From the NCBI GenBank assembly GCA_027592195.1, contig JAQCKU010000001.1, positions 1 to 51,339 of the forward strand: a stretch of 51,339 bases of DNA, given 5' to 3'. Both the position numbers and the translations under genes were made by a program. A model generated the notes under the pieces. It did no database searches. It was given only the letters and a program-made list of their open reading frames with translations, and was not told the origin of the DNA. Positions 8,887 through 18,473 of this stretch are shown here, piece by piece (within the stretch, counting starts at the first letter, position 1; the number at the start of each line of letters is the position of its first letter). This DNA comes from Actinomycetota bacterium. Its GTDB lineage: Bacteria; Actinomycetota; Actinomycetes; Nanopelagicales; Nanopelagicaceae.

Positions 8887-10800
8887 TTATGACTCTAAGT
8901 TAGCTTTCTTCGTCTTTGATGCACTTCGACCGCGCTCATTTTGATCGAGAATCACCTTCCGCACCCGGACCGTACTTGGGGTTACCTCGATACATTCATC
9001 TTCTCGACAAAATTCAAGGGCCTGTTCCATATTAAGAAGCTTTGGTGGAATTAAGCGCTCCATCTCATCTGCACTGGCAGAGCGAATATTGGTGAGCTTC
9101 TTCTCGCGACATGCATTGACATCCATATCCTCTTGTCGCGCATTCTCGCCAACAACCATCCCTTCATAGACTTCATCACCGACCTGCACAAAGATCGCAC
9201 CACGCTCTTGCAAGCTAAAGAGAGCATAAGAGGTGACATGTCCACGACGATCAGAGACGAGTGAACCGGTTGGTCGAGTGCGAAGTTCGCCATGCCAGGC
9301 TTCGTAACCATCAAAAACGTGATGGAGTAGCCCAGTTCCGCGTGTCTCGGTAAGAAATTCAGTACGGAAACCAATCAAGCCACGAGATGGGACTCGATAA
9401 TCCATACGAATCCAACCAGTGCCATGATTGACCATCTGCTCCATTCGACCCTTACGTAACGCCATCAACTGCGTGATAACCCCAAGATAATCTTCTGGGG
9501 TATCAATTGTTAAGCGCTCCATTGGTTCATGAAGTTTTCCATCTATCATCCGTGTAACAACTTGAGGCTTTCCAACAGTTAATTCAAAACCTTCTCGTCG
9601 CATAATTTCAACAAGGACGGCAAGTTGCAGCTCGCCTCGACCTTGAATCTCCCAAGTATCTGGACGCTCGGTAGGAAGAATTCTTAGCGAGACATTTCCT
9701 ACCAACTCACTATCAAGGCGATTTTTAACTAGGCGCGCAGTTAATTTCTTTCCTGATTGCCCAGCAAGGGGAGAGGTATTGATTCCAACAGTCATCGAGA
9801 TTGATGGCTCATCAACGGTGATCAGAGGTAGCGGGTAAGGCTCATTAGCATCAGCTAGCGTCTCACCCAAGGTGATGGTTTCAATTCCTGCTACAGCGAT
9901 GATATCTCCCGGTCCAGCTTCAAGAGCAGGAACGCGCTCTAGGCCATCAGTGATCAAGAGTTCAGAGATCTTAACTTTCTCCATAGTTCCATCGGTCTTA
10001 ATCCAATTGACCATCTCACCTTTTTTAATCGTTCCTTCATGGACCCGACAGAGAGCAAGGCGTCCAAGGTATGGCGATGAGTCAAGGTTTGTTACATGCG
10101 CTTGAAGTGGTGCGCCTTCATGATAAACCGGAGCTGGGATAGTATTGAAAATAGTTTCAAAGAGAATATCTAAATTCTCTAGATCAGGCATCCCACCATC
10201 TTCAGGTCTATTTAAAGATGCTCTTCCTGCTTTAGCTGATGTATAGATAATAGGAAATTCAATCTGGCTTTCACTTGCATCAAGATCTAAGAAGAGTTCA
10301 TATGCTTCGTCGACAACAGCTGCGATGCGAGAATCTGATCGATCTACTTTATTGATCACTAAAATAACTGGAAGATTTTTTGAGAGCGCTTTTCTAAGAA
10401 CAAAACGAGTCTGTGGGAGTGGGCCTTCAGATGCATCAACGAGTAGAAGCACTCCATCTACCATCTCTAAACCGCGCTCAACCTCACCACCAAAATCTGC
10501 GTGGCCTGGGGTATCAATGATATTTACGATCGTATCACCGCGTTTTACTGCAGTATTTTTAGCAAGGATCGTGATTCCTTTTTCTCGCTCTAGATCCATA
10601 GAATCCATCACGCGATCTCTTGTTTCAGATTGCTCTTTATGTGCGGCAAAAGCACCTGATTGCCAGAGCATGGCATCTACAAGTGTGGTCTTGCCATGAT
10701 CTACGTGGGCAATAATTGCCACATTCCGTAAATTCTCCCGCTTTAACTGAGGGAGAGATTTTAAGTGATCTGATAACTGCTTACTGGATACATTAGACAT
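8887..10800 (-). CDS. typA: Translational GTPase TypA/BipA
   Basis: G1 AIIAHVDHGKTTLVD, G3 DTPGHADF, G4 NKVD; 637-aa EF-G-like architecture. ATG lies inside the ychF 3' end (AATGTCTAA, 8-nt overlap). Confidence 0.95.
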   Translation of the reverse strand: MSNVSSKQLSDHLKSLPQLKRENLRNVAIIAHVDHGKTTLVDAMLWQSGAFAAHKEQSETRDRVMDSMDLEREKGITILAKNTAVKRGDTIVNIIDTPGHADFGGEVERGLEMVDGVLLLVDASEGPLPQTRFVLRKALSKNLPVILVINKVDRSDSRIAAVVDEAYELFLDLDASESQIEFPIIYTSAKAGRASLNRPEDGGMPDLENLDILFETIFNTIPAPVYHEGAPLQAHVTNLDSSPYLGRLALCRVHEGTIKKGEMVNWIKTDGTMEKVKISELLITDGLERVPALEAGPGDIIAVAGIETITLGETLADANEPYPLPLITVDEPSISMTVGINTSPLAGQSGKKLTARLVKNRLDSELVGNVSLRILPTERPDTWEIQGRGELQLAVLVEIMRREGFELTVGKPQVVTRMIDGKLHEPMERLTIDTPEDYLGVITQLMALRKGRMEQMVNHGTGWIRMDYRVPSRGLIGFRTEFLTETRGTGLLHHVFDGYEAWHGELRTRPTGSLVSDRRGHVTSYALFSLQERGAIFVQVGDEVYEGMVVGENARQEDMDVNACREKKLTNIRSASADEMERLIPPKLLNMEQALEFCREDECIEVTPSTVRVRKVILDQNERGRSASKTKKANLES

Positions 10801-11866
10801 TGAATCGAAACTCCACTACGTCGCCATCTTGCATTATGTACTCTTTGCCTTCCATTCTAACTTTTCCTTTTGATCTTGCCTCTGACATTGAACCAGCCAT
10901 CACAAGATCATCGAAGGAGACGATCTCTGCTTTAATAAATCCTTTTTGAAAATCTGTATGGATAACACCGGCCGCCTCTGGCGCGGTATCGCCTTTATGG
11001 ATTGTCCAAGCTCTCGCCTCTTTAGGGCCTGCAGTGAGATAGGTCTGTAGGCCAAGAGTGTTAAAACCAACTCTTGCCAGAAATGCCAGACCTGGCTCTT
11101 CCAAGCCAATCGATTGTAAAAGTTCTAGCGCTTCTTGGTCATCTAACTCAACAAGCTCTGACTCTGTCTTAGCATCTAAAAATATTGCCTCCGAGGGTGC
11201 GATCGACTCACTTAACTTGGCGCGCAATTGGTTATCGGCCAAAGAATTTGAATCGACATTAAAAACATAGAGAAAAGGTTTCGCGGTAAGAAATCCAAAT
11301 TCTTTCAAAAGCGCTAGATCTAACTTTGCTGTTGAGAGTAATTTTCCTTCAGATAGAACTGTTTCAGCCTTTTTTAATTCTTCCAAGACAGCAACTCGCT
11401 CTTTATTCTGCCGCGCCTCTTTCTCGACTCGTTGAAGCGATTTTTCGATAGTCTGAAGATCAGCTAAGGCGAGCTCGGTATTGATCGTTTCGATATCAGA
11501 GCCTGGATCAACGCGACCATCGACATGGACCACATCAGAATCGGTAAAGACTCGGATAACCTGGCAGATCGCATCGCTCTCTCTGATATTTGCTAGAAAT
11601 TTATTGCCCAGGCCAGCTCCTTCGGATGCGCCTTTGACAATTCCGGCGATATCTACAAATGAGACTGTGGCGGGAAGAATCTTCTCTGATTGAAAAATCT
11701 TAGCGAGTACGGCCAGGCGCGAATCTGGAACTCCAACCACCCCAATATTGGGTTCGATCGTGGCAAAGGGGTAATTAGCGGCTAGAACGTTGTTTTTGGT
11801 GAGGGCGTTAAAGAGGGTCGACTTTCCTACATTAGGCAATCCGACAATTCCAATAGATAGGCTCAC
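10793..11866 (-). CDS. ychF: Ribosome-binding ATPase YchF
   Basis: [19 protein letters not shown]-loop; coiled-coil insert; C-terminal TGS-like domain ([11 protein letters not shown]). GTG start. Confidence 0.95.
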   Translation of the reverse strand: MSLSIGIVGLPNVGKSTLFNALTKNNVLAANYPFATIEPNIGVVGVPDSRLAVLAKIFQSEKILPATVSFVDIAGIVKGASEGAGLGNKFLANIRESDAICQVIRVFTDSDVVHVDGRVDPGSDIETINTELALADLQTIEKSLQRVEKEARQNKERVAVLEELKKAETVLSEGKLLSTAKLDLALLKEFGFLTAKPFLYVFNVDSNSLADNQLRAKLSESIAPSEAIFLDAKTESELVELDDQEALELLQSIGLEEPGLAFLARVGFNTLGLQTYLTAGPKEARAWTIHKGDTAPEAAGVIHTDFQKGFIKAEIVSFDDLVMAGSMSEARSKGKVRMEGKEYIMQDGDVVEFRFNV

Positions 11867-11918
11867 AAGAGGTAGAGCCTACGCGGGATTGTCACCTCTT
11901 CCTGCCACGATAGGGCTC

Positions 11919-13139
11919 ATGAACGAGACCTTAACCTTTTCTGGATCTGCCCTCTGGCTTATTGGCGCCCTTTTATCTGGCGCTGGCGCTGGTTATCTCA
12001 TTGGCTATCTCTACTCAATGGGAAAGATGAAGGCTCAGATCGCAGGGCTCTTAGCAACAAATGAATCAGCTAGAGAGAGTATTACTCGTTTAGAGGCAAC
12101 CCTTAGCGCTCGGATTGAGGAAGAGAAAAGTGCGCTCAATCTTGCAAGCGCTGTAAAAAATGTTGAGAGCAAAATGGCAGAGCTGGCGCGTCAGACTCAA
12201 GAGGCAGAGTTAAAACGAGTCGAGGGTGAAACTTCAATTAAAACCCAGATTGAAGGGATGAAGGTTGGAAATGAATCTCTCCTTCGAGAAACGACCAAAC
12301 TAGCGGGCGCGCTCTCTAACTCTCAATCACGAGGAAAGTATGGTGAGACACAACTTGAGATGCTCCTTGAGAATGCAGGGCTTGTTGAAAATGTGCATTT
12401 CTTCCGACAAGATTTTCAATCAAATGAAAATGGAGTTGCAAAACCAGATATTCGGATTGCAGTTCCAGGCGGATCAGAAATATTTATCGATTCAAAATTT
12501 CCATTTCACAAATTCTTAGATGCGATGGGTGAATCAGATCCATTACTCAGGCAAGAATTTATGAAAGCTCACGCTAAAGATCTGATCGGACATGTCAATG
12601 CGCTCGCAAAGCGAGGTTATCAAGATACAAACCAATCGCCAGATTATGTTGTACTTTTTGCGCCCTTTGAATCTATTTTAAGCGAGGCTCTTGCAGTCGA
12701 CTCAAATCTTCTCTCAAAAGCTTTTGAGAAAAATGTCTCTATCGCAACCCCTACAACAATGTTGGCACTTCTTCGAACCGTTGCTTATGTCTTTAATCGA
12801 TCAAAGTTAGCGCAAAGCGCATCGCAGATTCAGGATCTGGCCCAAGAGCTATTAAAGCGAATTACTAAAGTTCATGGAAAAATTTCCACATTAGGCGATC
12901 GGATTAAAAGTACGGAGAAAGCGTTTAATGATCTCATTGCAAGCGCTGAAGAGAATATGTTAAAACCGGCGCGAAAAATCACGGCAATTGGTGGACTAAA
13001 AGTTGAAAAGCTCAAAGCGTTAGATGGTATTGATGGTGAGGTCAGGCAAATCAAAAACCTCGATATAGATTACGATCCAACGCTAGATAGCTTCCCCGCC
13101 GATGAATCTGATGATCTGATAGATCGGGAAGATAGTTAA
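11919..13139 (+). CDS. rmuC: DNA recombination protein RmuC
   Basis: N-terminal TM helix, long coiled coil, and a C-terminal RmuC nuclease-like region (PDIRIAVPGGSEIFIDSKFP). I chose ATG 11919 because the track start at 11790 would overlap ychF by 77 nt on the opposite strand. Confidence 0.85.
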   Translation: MNETLTFSGSALWLIGALLSGAGAGYLIGYLYSMGKMKAQIAGLLATNESARESITRLEATLSARIEEEKSALNLASAVKNVESKMAELARQTQEAELKRVEGETSIKTQIEGMKVGNESLLRETTKLAGALSNSQSRGKYGETQLEMLLENAGLVENVHFFRQDFQSNENGVAKPDIRIAVPGGSEIFIDSKFPFHKFLDAMGESDPLLRQEFMKAHAKDLIGHVNALAKRGYQDTNQSPDYVVLFAPFESILSEALAVDSNLLSKAFEKNVSIATPTTMLALLRTVAYVFNRSKLAQSASQIQDLAQELLKRITKVHGKISTLGDRIKSTEKAFNDLIASAEENMLKPARKITAIGGLKVEKLKALDGIDGEVRQIKNLDIDYDPTLDSFPADESDDLIDREDS

Positions 13140-13538
13140 ATGAGAAATTCAATAGATCCAAAGAAGCGGATTAAAGGGCCTGGACTTACCAAGGCCGGAA
13201 TAGTGGTTTTTCAGAGCTTTCTCATCGCGCTCTTTGCAGCTATTGAAATATTTATCCGTGAAAAAGTTGGAGCGGTAACTGGTTTTTCACTATGGCTAGC
13301 CTACTTTGGCGCGATTTATCTTGGAAGAAAAGGAACTATTTTCGTCTCGGTGGTTACACCACCGATTGCATTTGCAATATCAATTATCGTCTTATTGCCA
13401 TCTGTTGGAGGATCAGCGCTTCGCTTATCGCGTTTTGGTTTAGATCTTGTTTCAGGCCTTGCCGCTATTGCGCCATTTTTAGTCTCAGCAGCCTTTATAG
13501 GCTGGATTCTTTACTTTGCTAAAGAGCGGAGAGCTTAG
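13140..13538 (+). CDS. Small integral membrane protein (about 4 TM helices), function unknown
   Basis: 132 aa with a basic N-terminus followed by four hydrophobic helices. The ATG abuts the rmuC stop (TAAATG). I cannot name a catalytic motif. Confidence 0.6.
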   Translation: MRNSIDPKKRIKGPGLTKAGIVVFQSFLIALFAAIEIFIREKVGAVTGFSLWLAYFGAIYLGRKGTIFVSVVTPPIAFAISIIVLLPSVGGSALRLSRFGLDLVSGLAAIAPFLVSAAFIGWILYFAKERRA

Positions 13539-14491
13539 GCTTTACCAGCTGCTTTAAGATCTTTTCGAAGTTCAGGTGGGATAGCAAATAAAAGATGTTC
13601 TTCTGTCGCAGTAATCGTCTCTACATCGCTAAATCCACGCAAGCTAAGTTCTTTAAGAAGATCCTCGACTAATATCTCCGGAACTGAGGCGCCACTTGAT
13701 ACGCCAATTGTCTCCACACCTTCGAACCATTGATCTGAAATTTCTGCGGCATAATCAATCAGGTAAGCAGCCTTAGCTCCATACTCAAGTGAGACTTCCA
13801 CTAACCGAACTGAATTTGAAGAATTGGTAGATCCAACAATGAGAACAAGATCTGCTTGAGGTGCTATCTGCTTAATTGCAACTTGTCGGTTTTGAGTGGC
13901 ATAGCAGATATCATCACTGGGAGGATCTTGAAGATGAGGAAATCTCTCTTTAAGAATTCGAACTGATTCTAAAGTTTCATCCACGCTAAGAGTTGTTTGT
14001 GATAGCCAAGCTACTTCTTTATCTGGATCAATCTCAACACTTCTTGCGGCATCAAGGCCATCTACTAAGGTGATGTGCTCTGGGGCTTCTCCTGCTGTGC
14101 CTTCTACCTCTTCATGGCCAGCATGACCGATCAATAAAATTTGTTTATCTTCTGCTGCAAATCTCCTTGCTTCATGATGAACTTTGGTCACCAAAGGACA
14201 GGTTGCATCAATCGTTTTTAGCCGACGCTCTTGAGCTTGTCGGTGAACTTCCGGCGAGACGCCATGGGCGGAGAAAACGACGGTAGCTCCCTCAGGAACT
14301 TCATCAGTCTCTTCAACAAAAATTGCACCGCGCTTTTCTAAAGTAGAGACAACATGTTTATTATGAACAATTTGTTTCCGGACATAGACCGGTGCTCCAT
14401 AGAGATCGAGCGCCTTTTCAACAGTCACTACGGCGCGATCAACCCCCGCGCAATATCCACGCGGAGCTGCTAGCAATACCCGTTTGGCCAC
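13535..14491 (-). CDS. ispH: 4-hydroxy-3-methylbut-2-enyl diphosphate reductase (IspH/LytB)
   Basis: Three cluster Cys in the canonical contexts: [34 protein letters not shown] start at 14491. Confidence 0.95.
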   Translation of the reverse strand: MAKRVLLAAPRGYCAGVDRAVVTVEKALDLYGAPVYVRKQIVHNKHVVSTLEKRGAIFVEETDEVPEGATVVFSAHGVSPEVHRQAQERRLKTIDATCPLVTKVHHEARRFAAEDKQILLIGHAGHEEVEGTAGEAPEHITLVDGLDAARSVEIDPDKEVAWLSQTTLSVDETLESVRILKERFPHLQDPPSDDICYATQNRQVAIKQIAPQADLVLIVGSTNSSNSVRLVEVSLEYGAKAAYLIDYAAEISDQWFEGVETIGVSSGASVPEILVEDLLKELSLRGFSDVETITATEEHLLFAIPPELRKDLKAAGKA

Positions 14492-14497
14492 AGCCCT

Positions 14498-14510
14498 ATC
14501 CTATTAGGAT
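14498..14510. promoter_or_regulatory. 13-bp perfect palindrome ATCCTA-T-TAGGAT, read as two back-to-back TANNNT -10 boxes for divergent leaderless ispH and xseA
   Basis: TAGGAT (14505-14510) is followed by 6 nt and then GTG 14517 (xseA). On the other strand TAGGAT (14503-14498) is followed by 6 nt and then GTG 14491 (ispH). The whole spacer is 25 bp. Confidence 0.45.
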
Positions 14511-14516
14511 CAGGCT

Positions 14517-15725
14517 GTGCTCGAAACTTCAATTGATGCCCCCGCCCCGGTCAGGATCATCTCCGAATCGATTCGAGATTGGATAGGCAGATTGGGCCCA
14601 GTCTGGGTTGAAGGTGAGCTCTCCCAACTCGATGATCGCAATGGATCGTCGATGATTTTTATGAGGCTAAAAGATACAAGTTCAGATATCTCGATCTCAG
14701 TATCGTGTCATCGCTCAGTATTTAACTTGGTTAAACCACTACCCGCAAATGCACGAATTAAGATCTTTTCAAAAGTTAATTTCTATATGGGTAATGGTTC
14801 ACTCTCACTCAGCGCCAAAGAAATTTATCATGTTGGAATTGGTGAACTTCTCGCCCGGCTGGAGACGCTGAAGAAATTACTGGCAGGCGAAGGCCTTTTT
14901 GCGCTAGAGCGGAAAAAACCTCTCCCTTTCCTACCTAAGAAAATAGGATTGATCTGCGGCAGAAATAGCGCTGCGATGAAAGATGTTGTTGAAAATGCCA
15001 AACGCCGCTGGCCAGCTGTGATCTTTGAAATTAGAGAGGTTGCAGTTCAGGGGGCGATGGCTGTAGCCGAAGTGAGTGATGCACTTAGAGATCTTGAGCG
15101 GGATCAAGAGGTAGAGGTCATTATTATCACTCGAGGCGGTGGCTCCTTTGAAGATCTACTTCCTTTCTCTGAGGAGAGCCTGATCCGATTGGTGGCCTCA
15201 CTAGAAACTCCAATCGTCAGCGCAATTGGCCATGAACAAGATACTCCCCTTCTTGATCTTGTCGCTGACTTCAGAGCTTCCACCCCCACAGATGCTGCAA
15301 AAAGAGTTGTTCCAGATATTAGAGAGGAGATTGAGTCCATTGGACGATTGCGTGATCGAATCAGAAGAAGTATTCAATCTCGGATTGATTTTGAAAGTGC
15401 AGAGCTTAAATCACTTACCTCTCGTCCAGTTATGAGAGATCCAGTTCAATTGATTCTTCCACTCATTGAAGAAATCTCGCTCAAGGCTCGTCAAAGCCAG
15501 CAGTTAATCTCTTACAGATTGGAGTTAGCAGCTACGGAGTTAAACGAAGCTCGATCTCAGCTTCGCGCGCTCTCACCAGCGGCTGTCTTAGAGCGTGGCT
15601 ATGCCGTTCTTCAAAATCGTAGTGGAGAGGTTATTCGAAAATCTGATCAAGTAGAGATCGATGAGGAGTTGGCAGTTCGGTTAGCGGATGGAAAACTGAA
15701 GGTGAGCGTAAGGAGTAGATTTTGA
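14517..15725 (+). CDS. xseA: Exodeoxyribonuclease VII large subunit
   Basis: N-terminal OB-fold region (VWVEGELSQ); catalytic core with IITRGGGSFEDL; C-terminal helical region. GTG start. Confidence 0.9.
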   Translation: MLETSIDAPAPVRIISESIRDWIGRLGPVWVEGELSQLDDRNGSSMIFMRLKDTSSDISISVSCHRSVFNLVKPLPANARIKIFSKVNFYMGNGSLSLSAKEIYHVGIGELLARLETLKKLLAGEGLFALERKKPLPFLPKKIGLICGRNSAAMKDVVENAKRRWPAVIFEIREVAVQGAMAVAEVSDALRDLERDQEVEVIIITRGGGSFEDLLPFSEESLIRLVASLETPIVSAIGHEQDTPLLDLVADFRASTPTDAAKRVVPDIREEIESIGRLRDRIRRSIQSRIDFESAELKSLTSRPVMRDPVQLILPLIEEISLKARQSQQLISYRLELAATELNEARSQLRALSPAAVLERGYAVLQNRSGEVIRKSDQVEIDEELAVRLADGKLKVSVRSRF

Positions 15726-15919
15726 CCATGGCAGAGAAGAAAATTTCCTTTGAAAAGGCGCGAGATGAGCTCAGTGAAGTGGTGAGCGCGTTGGAGAGCG
15801 GTGAGTTGGGCTTAGAAGATTCACTCAAGCTCTGGGAGCGTGGCGAAGTTCTGGTGAAGATCTGCCAAGAGTGGCTAGATGGAGCAAAATCTAAAATTGA
15901 GAAGGCAAAAAATGGCTGA
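15722..15919 (+). CDS. xseB: Exodeoxyribonuclease VII small subunit
   Basis: 65-aa helical protein ([32 protein letters not shown]) immediately after xseA. TTG 15722 overlaps the xseA stop (TTGA) with AGGAG 6 nt upstream. ATG 15728 is the alternative. Confidence 0.85.
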   Translation: MTMAEKKISFEKARDELSEVVSALESGELGLEDSLKLWERGEVLVKICQEWLDGAKSKIEKAKNG

Positions 15920-17564
15920 GTTTATCTATGAAGATTTATTACCGATCACAGAAGATAAGGTTGAGTATCGAAAATTAGATATTGATGGGGTCTCTACCTT
16001 TGAGGCCGATGGACGAACATTTCTTAAGATCGAACCAAAAGCGATTGCAGAGCTTGCAGAAATTGCCATTGCCGATATCAATCACTACTTAAGAGCTGAT
16101 CATCTAACTCAACTGCGATCGATACTAGATGATCCAGAGGCCTCAGCAAATGATCGATTTGTTGCTCTCGATCTCTTAAAGAATGCAAATATCTCCGCAG
16201 GGGGAATTTTGCCGATGTGCCAGGACACTGGCACCGCAATTGTGATGGGCAAGAAAGGACAACAGGTATTAACAAGCGAGAAAGATGAGCTCACTCTCTC
16301 TCGGGGAATTTATAACGCTTATACAAAATTAAATCTTCGTTACTCACAGCTTGCCCCAGTAACGACTTGGCAGGAGAAAAACACCGGAAATAATCTTCCC
16401 GCTCAAGTGGAGATTTACTCAACAAGTGAGCACCCTGATGAATACGAATTTCTCTTCATCGCAAAGGGTGGTGGTAGCGCAAACAAATCATTTTTATATC
16501 AGGAGACAAAGGCAATTTTAAATCCAGCTAGTTTTATAGCCTGGTTAGAGGATAAATTACGATCTTTAGGTACTGCTGCTTGCCCGCCTTATCATCTTGC
16601 CATTGTTATCGGTGGCACAAGCGCAGAATTCACTTTAAAAACATCTAAGTTAGCCAGTACTAAATATCTTGATTCACTTCCAACCACTGGCGATGAAAAG
16701 ACAGGTCGCGCATTTCGAGATCTAGATTTGGAGAAGGAGATTTTCACCCTTACCCAAAAACTTGGAATCGGTGCTCAATTCGGTGGTAAGTATTTCTGCC
16801 ATGATGTGCGAGTTGTTCGGCTACCCAGACATGGCGCTTCACTTCCTATTGCGATAGCTGTCTCGTGTTCAGCAGATCGACAGGCTAAAGCAAAAATCAC
16901 AAAAGATGGCGTTTTTATTGAAAAACTTGAGATGGATCCTGCAAAGTATCTTCCTGAGACCACCGATGAACATCTTGATGATGATTTAGTCGAGATTAAT
17001 CTGAATCAACCAATGAAAGATGTGCTTGCCCAACTATCTAAGTATCCGATCAAGACTCGTTTGAGCCTGACCGGAACGATGGTGGTGGCAAGAGATTTAG
17101 CTCATGCAAAATTAAAGGAACTTGTTGAATCAGGGAAGCCGCTTCCTGATTATTTTAAAAATTACGCTGTCTACTACGCTGGACCTGCAAAGACTCCTGC
17201 CGGTTATGCCTCTGGATCATTTGGCCCAACTACTGCCGGACGGATGGATTCATATGTTGACTATTTTCAAAAGCTTGGTGGCTCGATGGTAATGCTGGCA
17301 AAAGGAAATAGATCAAAAGCAGTAACTGATGCCTGTGATCAAAATGGTGGCTTCTACCTTGGATCCATTGGTGGGCCAGCTGCTCGTCTTGCCCAGGATT
17401 GCATTAAGAAAGTTGAAGTGCTTGATTATGAAGAGTTGGGGATGGAGGCAATCTGGAAGATTGATGTGGTTAATTTTCCAGCCTTTATCGTTATTGACGA
17501 TAAAGGAAATGATTTCTTTGCAGAGACCAGCAAGCCGCTATCGATTGGGAAGAAACCAATATAA
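15912..17564 (+). CDS. Class I (Fe-S, fused alpha/beta) fumarate hydratase
   Basis: [15 protein letters not shown] cluster-binding region and fused C-terminal beta domain (YAGPAKTP...[12 protein letters not shown]). I chose ATG 15912 (ATGGCTGA overlaps the xseB stop) rather than the upstream in-frame start at 15879. Confidence 0.9.
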   Translation: MAEFIYEDLLPITEDKVEYRKLDIDGVSTFEADGRTFLKIEPKAIAELAEIAIADINHYLRADHLTQLRSILDDPEASANDRFVALDLLKNANISAGGILPMCQDTGTAIVMGKKGQQVLTSEKDELTLSRGIYNAYTKLNLRYSQLAPVTTWQEKNTGNNLPAQVEIYSTSEHPDEYEFLFIAKGGGSANKSFLYQETKAILNPASFIAWLEDKLRSLGTAACPPYHLAIVIGGTSAEFTLKTSKLASTKYLDSLPTTGDEKTGRAFRDLDLEKEIFTLTQKLGIGAQFGGKYFCHDVRVVRLPRHGASLPIAIAVSCSADRQAKAKITKDGVFIEKLEMDPAKYLPETTDEHLDDDLVEINLNQPMKDVLAQLSKYPIKTRLSLTGTMVVARDLAHAKLKELVESGKPLPDYFKNYAVYYAGPAKTPAGYASGSFGPTTAGRMDSYVDYFQKLGGSMVMLAKGNRSKAVTDACDQNGGFYLGSIGGPAARLAQDCIKKVEVLDYEELGMEAIWKIDVVNFPAFIVIDDKGNDFFAETSKPLSIGKKPI

Positions 17565-17586
17565 ATCCCAGGCAGATCTCCAATAG

Positions 17587-17610
17587 ATCTCTATTTGTAG
17601 AGATATTTTT
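17587..17610 (+). terminator. Possible intrinsic terminator after the fumarase gene
   Basis: ATCTCTA-tttg-TAGAGAT (7-bp stem, 4-nt loop) followed by ATTTTT. The stem is AT-rich, so it is weak. It sits in the 66-nt gap between convergent genes. Confidence 0.35.
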
Positions 17611-17630
17611 GCTGGAAGTGGGCTAGAAAA

Positions 17631-18239
17631 TTAGTAGTAGCGAGAGCGTTGAAACTTACGTAGCGCTTTGCATGGAGTTTCATAGCGAACATCTATGTAA
17701 TGCAGCCCCCAAGAAATCTGAGTCAGTGGATTTGTCCGCCAATCTTTTCCACGGATCTCCATCTTTGATGCTGGGAGAGCTTGTGGAATCCCATAAGCAC
17801 CTGAGCGGGGGTTTCGCGCACGAAAATTCCAGCTACTCTCTCGATTCCAGAGAGTTTCCAAGCAAGAAAATTGATATCGGCCCCAGCCATATCGCTCTTT
17901 AGCTATCTCTGCCCCGGCCGCTTTTGCTCCCTTTGGAGTCCGAGCTTTTGTAATTTTCTTAGCGAGGATTGAGATCGCTTGCATATCTTTAGCGCCAAGA
18001 CCTTTCTTGGATTCGACATATGCCATCAGCGCCGGAAGGCTCATCGGAGCAGCTGTCAGGAGTGCCGCCTCTGGAGTTAGCGATGGCTCCACCGTTGTAT
18101 TTTGGGTTGCCGCTTGAATTGGGGTTGGGCTTTCAATAGCAAGGCGGAGTGGAGAGGTGGATCCAAAGGATGGGTCTGCGATCTGAAGAAAGAGAAGCGT
18201 GGCAGCAGAGACCGTGGCAAGTCGTTTGAGATTTGGCAT
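17631..18239 (-). CDS. Secreted lysozyme-like / lytic-transglycosylase-like cell-wall protein
   Basis: C-terminal WNRESSWNFRARNPRSGAYGIPQALPASKM block (catalytic Glu context). Signal peptide MPNLKRLATVSAATLLFLQIADPSFG. I chose ATG 18239 because GAAGGAAGG lies 6-7 nt upstream; the track start at 18356 is a TTG. Confidence 0.7.
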   Translation of the reverse strand: MPNLKRLATVSAATLLFLQIADPSFGSTSPLRLAIESPTPIQAATQNTTVEPSLTPEAALLTAAPMSLPALMAYVESKKGLGAKDMQAISILAKKITKARTPKGAKAAGAEIAKERYGWGRYQFSCLETLWNRESSWNFRARNPRSGAYGIPQALPASKMEIRGKDWRTNPLTQISWGLHYIDVRYETPCKALRKFQRSRYY

Positions 18240-18473
18240 CTTGCACCTTCCTTCTCGTTCTCGTTCCCTCTGGTCTTCTACAGCTATTAGATAGCGCGCT
18301 CTTGCAGCTACCAACGAGAGGAAGGCTACAAAAGGCCATCTGGCAAGCAAATTCAAAGGGGTAAGTGGCGGATATTTCTTATCTGTGGATAGGCTGAGCT
18401 GGTATAAAAGTGCTGGTCAGAATGGGTAGAGTCTTAAATGTCCGATTTGTCGTTGTGGGATTTAATTTAGTTT

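Noticed and set aside
11790-11918. N-terminal extensions of track ORFs: rmuC 11790-11918, pth 42028-42174, cell-wall hydrolase 18240-18356, ppx 34263-34343, fumarase 15879-15911 and HAD 31240-31272.
   Set aside because: The extensions overlap neighbouring genes or start at TTG/GTG without an RBS. The conserved N-terminal motifs begin right after a downstream start codon that has better signals: an SD, ATGA/TAAATG coupling or a signal peptide.
13292-13522. The alternative-frame 76-aa ORF inside the 13140-13538 membrane-protein gene.
   Set aside because: It lies on the same strand and is fully nested. The host frame gives four regular TM helices, whereas the nested frame is Cys/Arg/Leu-rich with no start signals.
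18240-18473. A ydaO/c-di-AMP riboswitch upstream of the secreted cell-wall hydrolase, as found upstream of rpf-type genes in other actinobacteria.
   Set aside because: I could not find the conserved ydaO blocks that I remember (ACGGGG.., ..CCCA.., CCGA.., AGCUAACC-like) on the coding strand. Without Infernal I cannot support the call.
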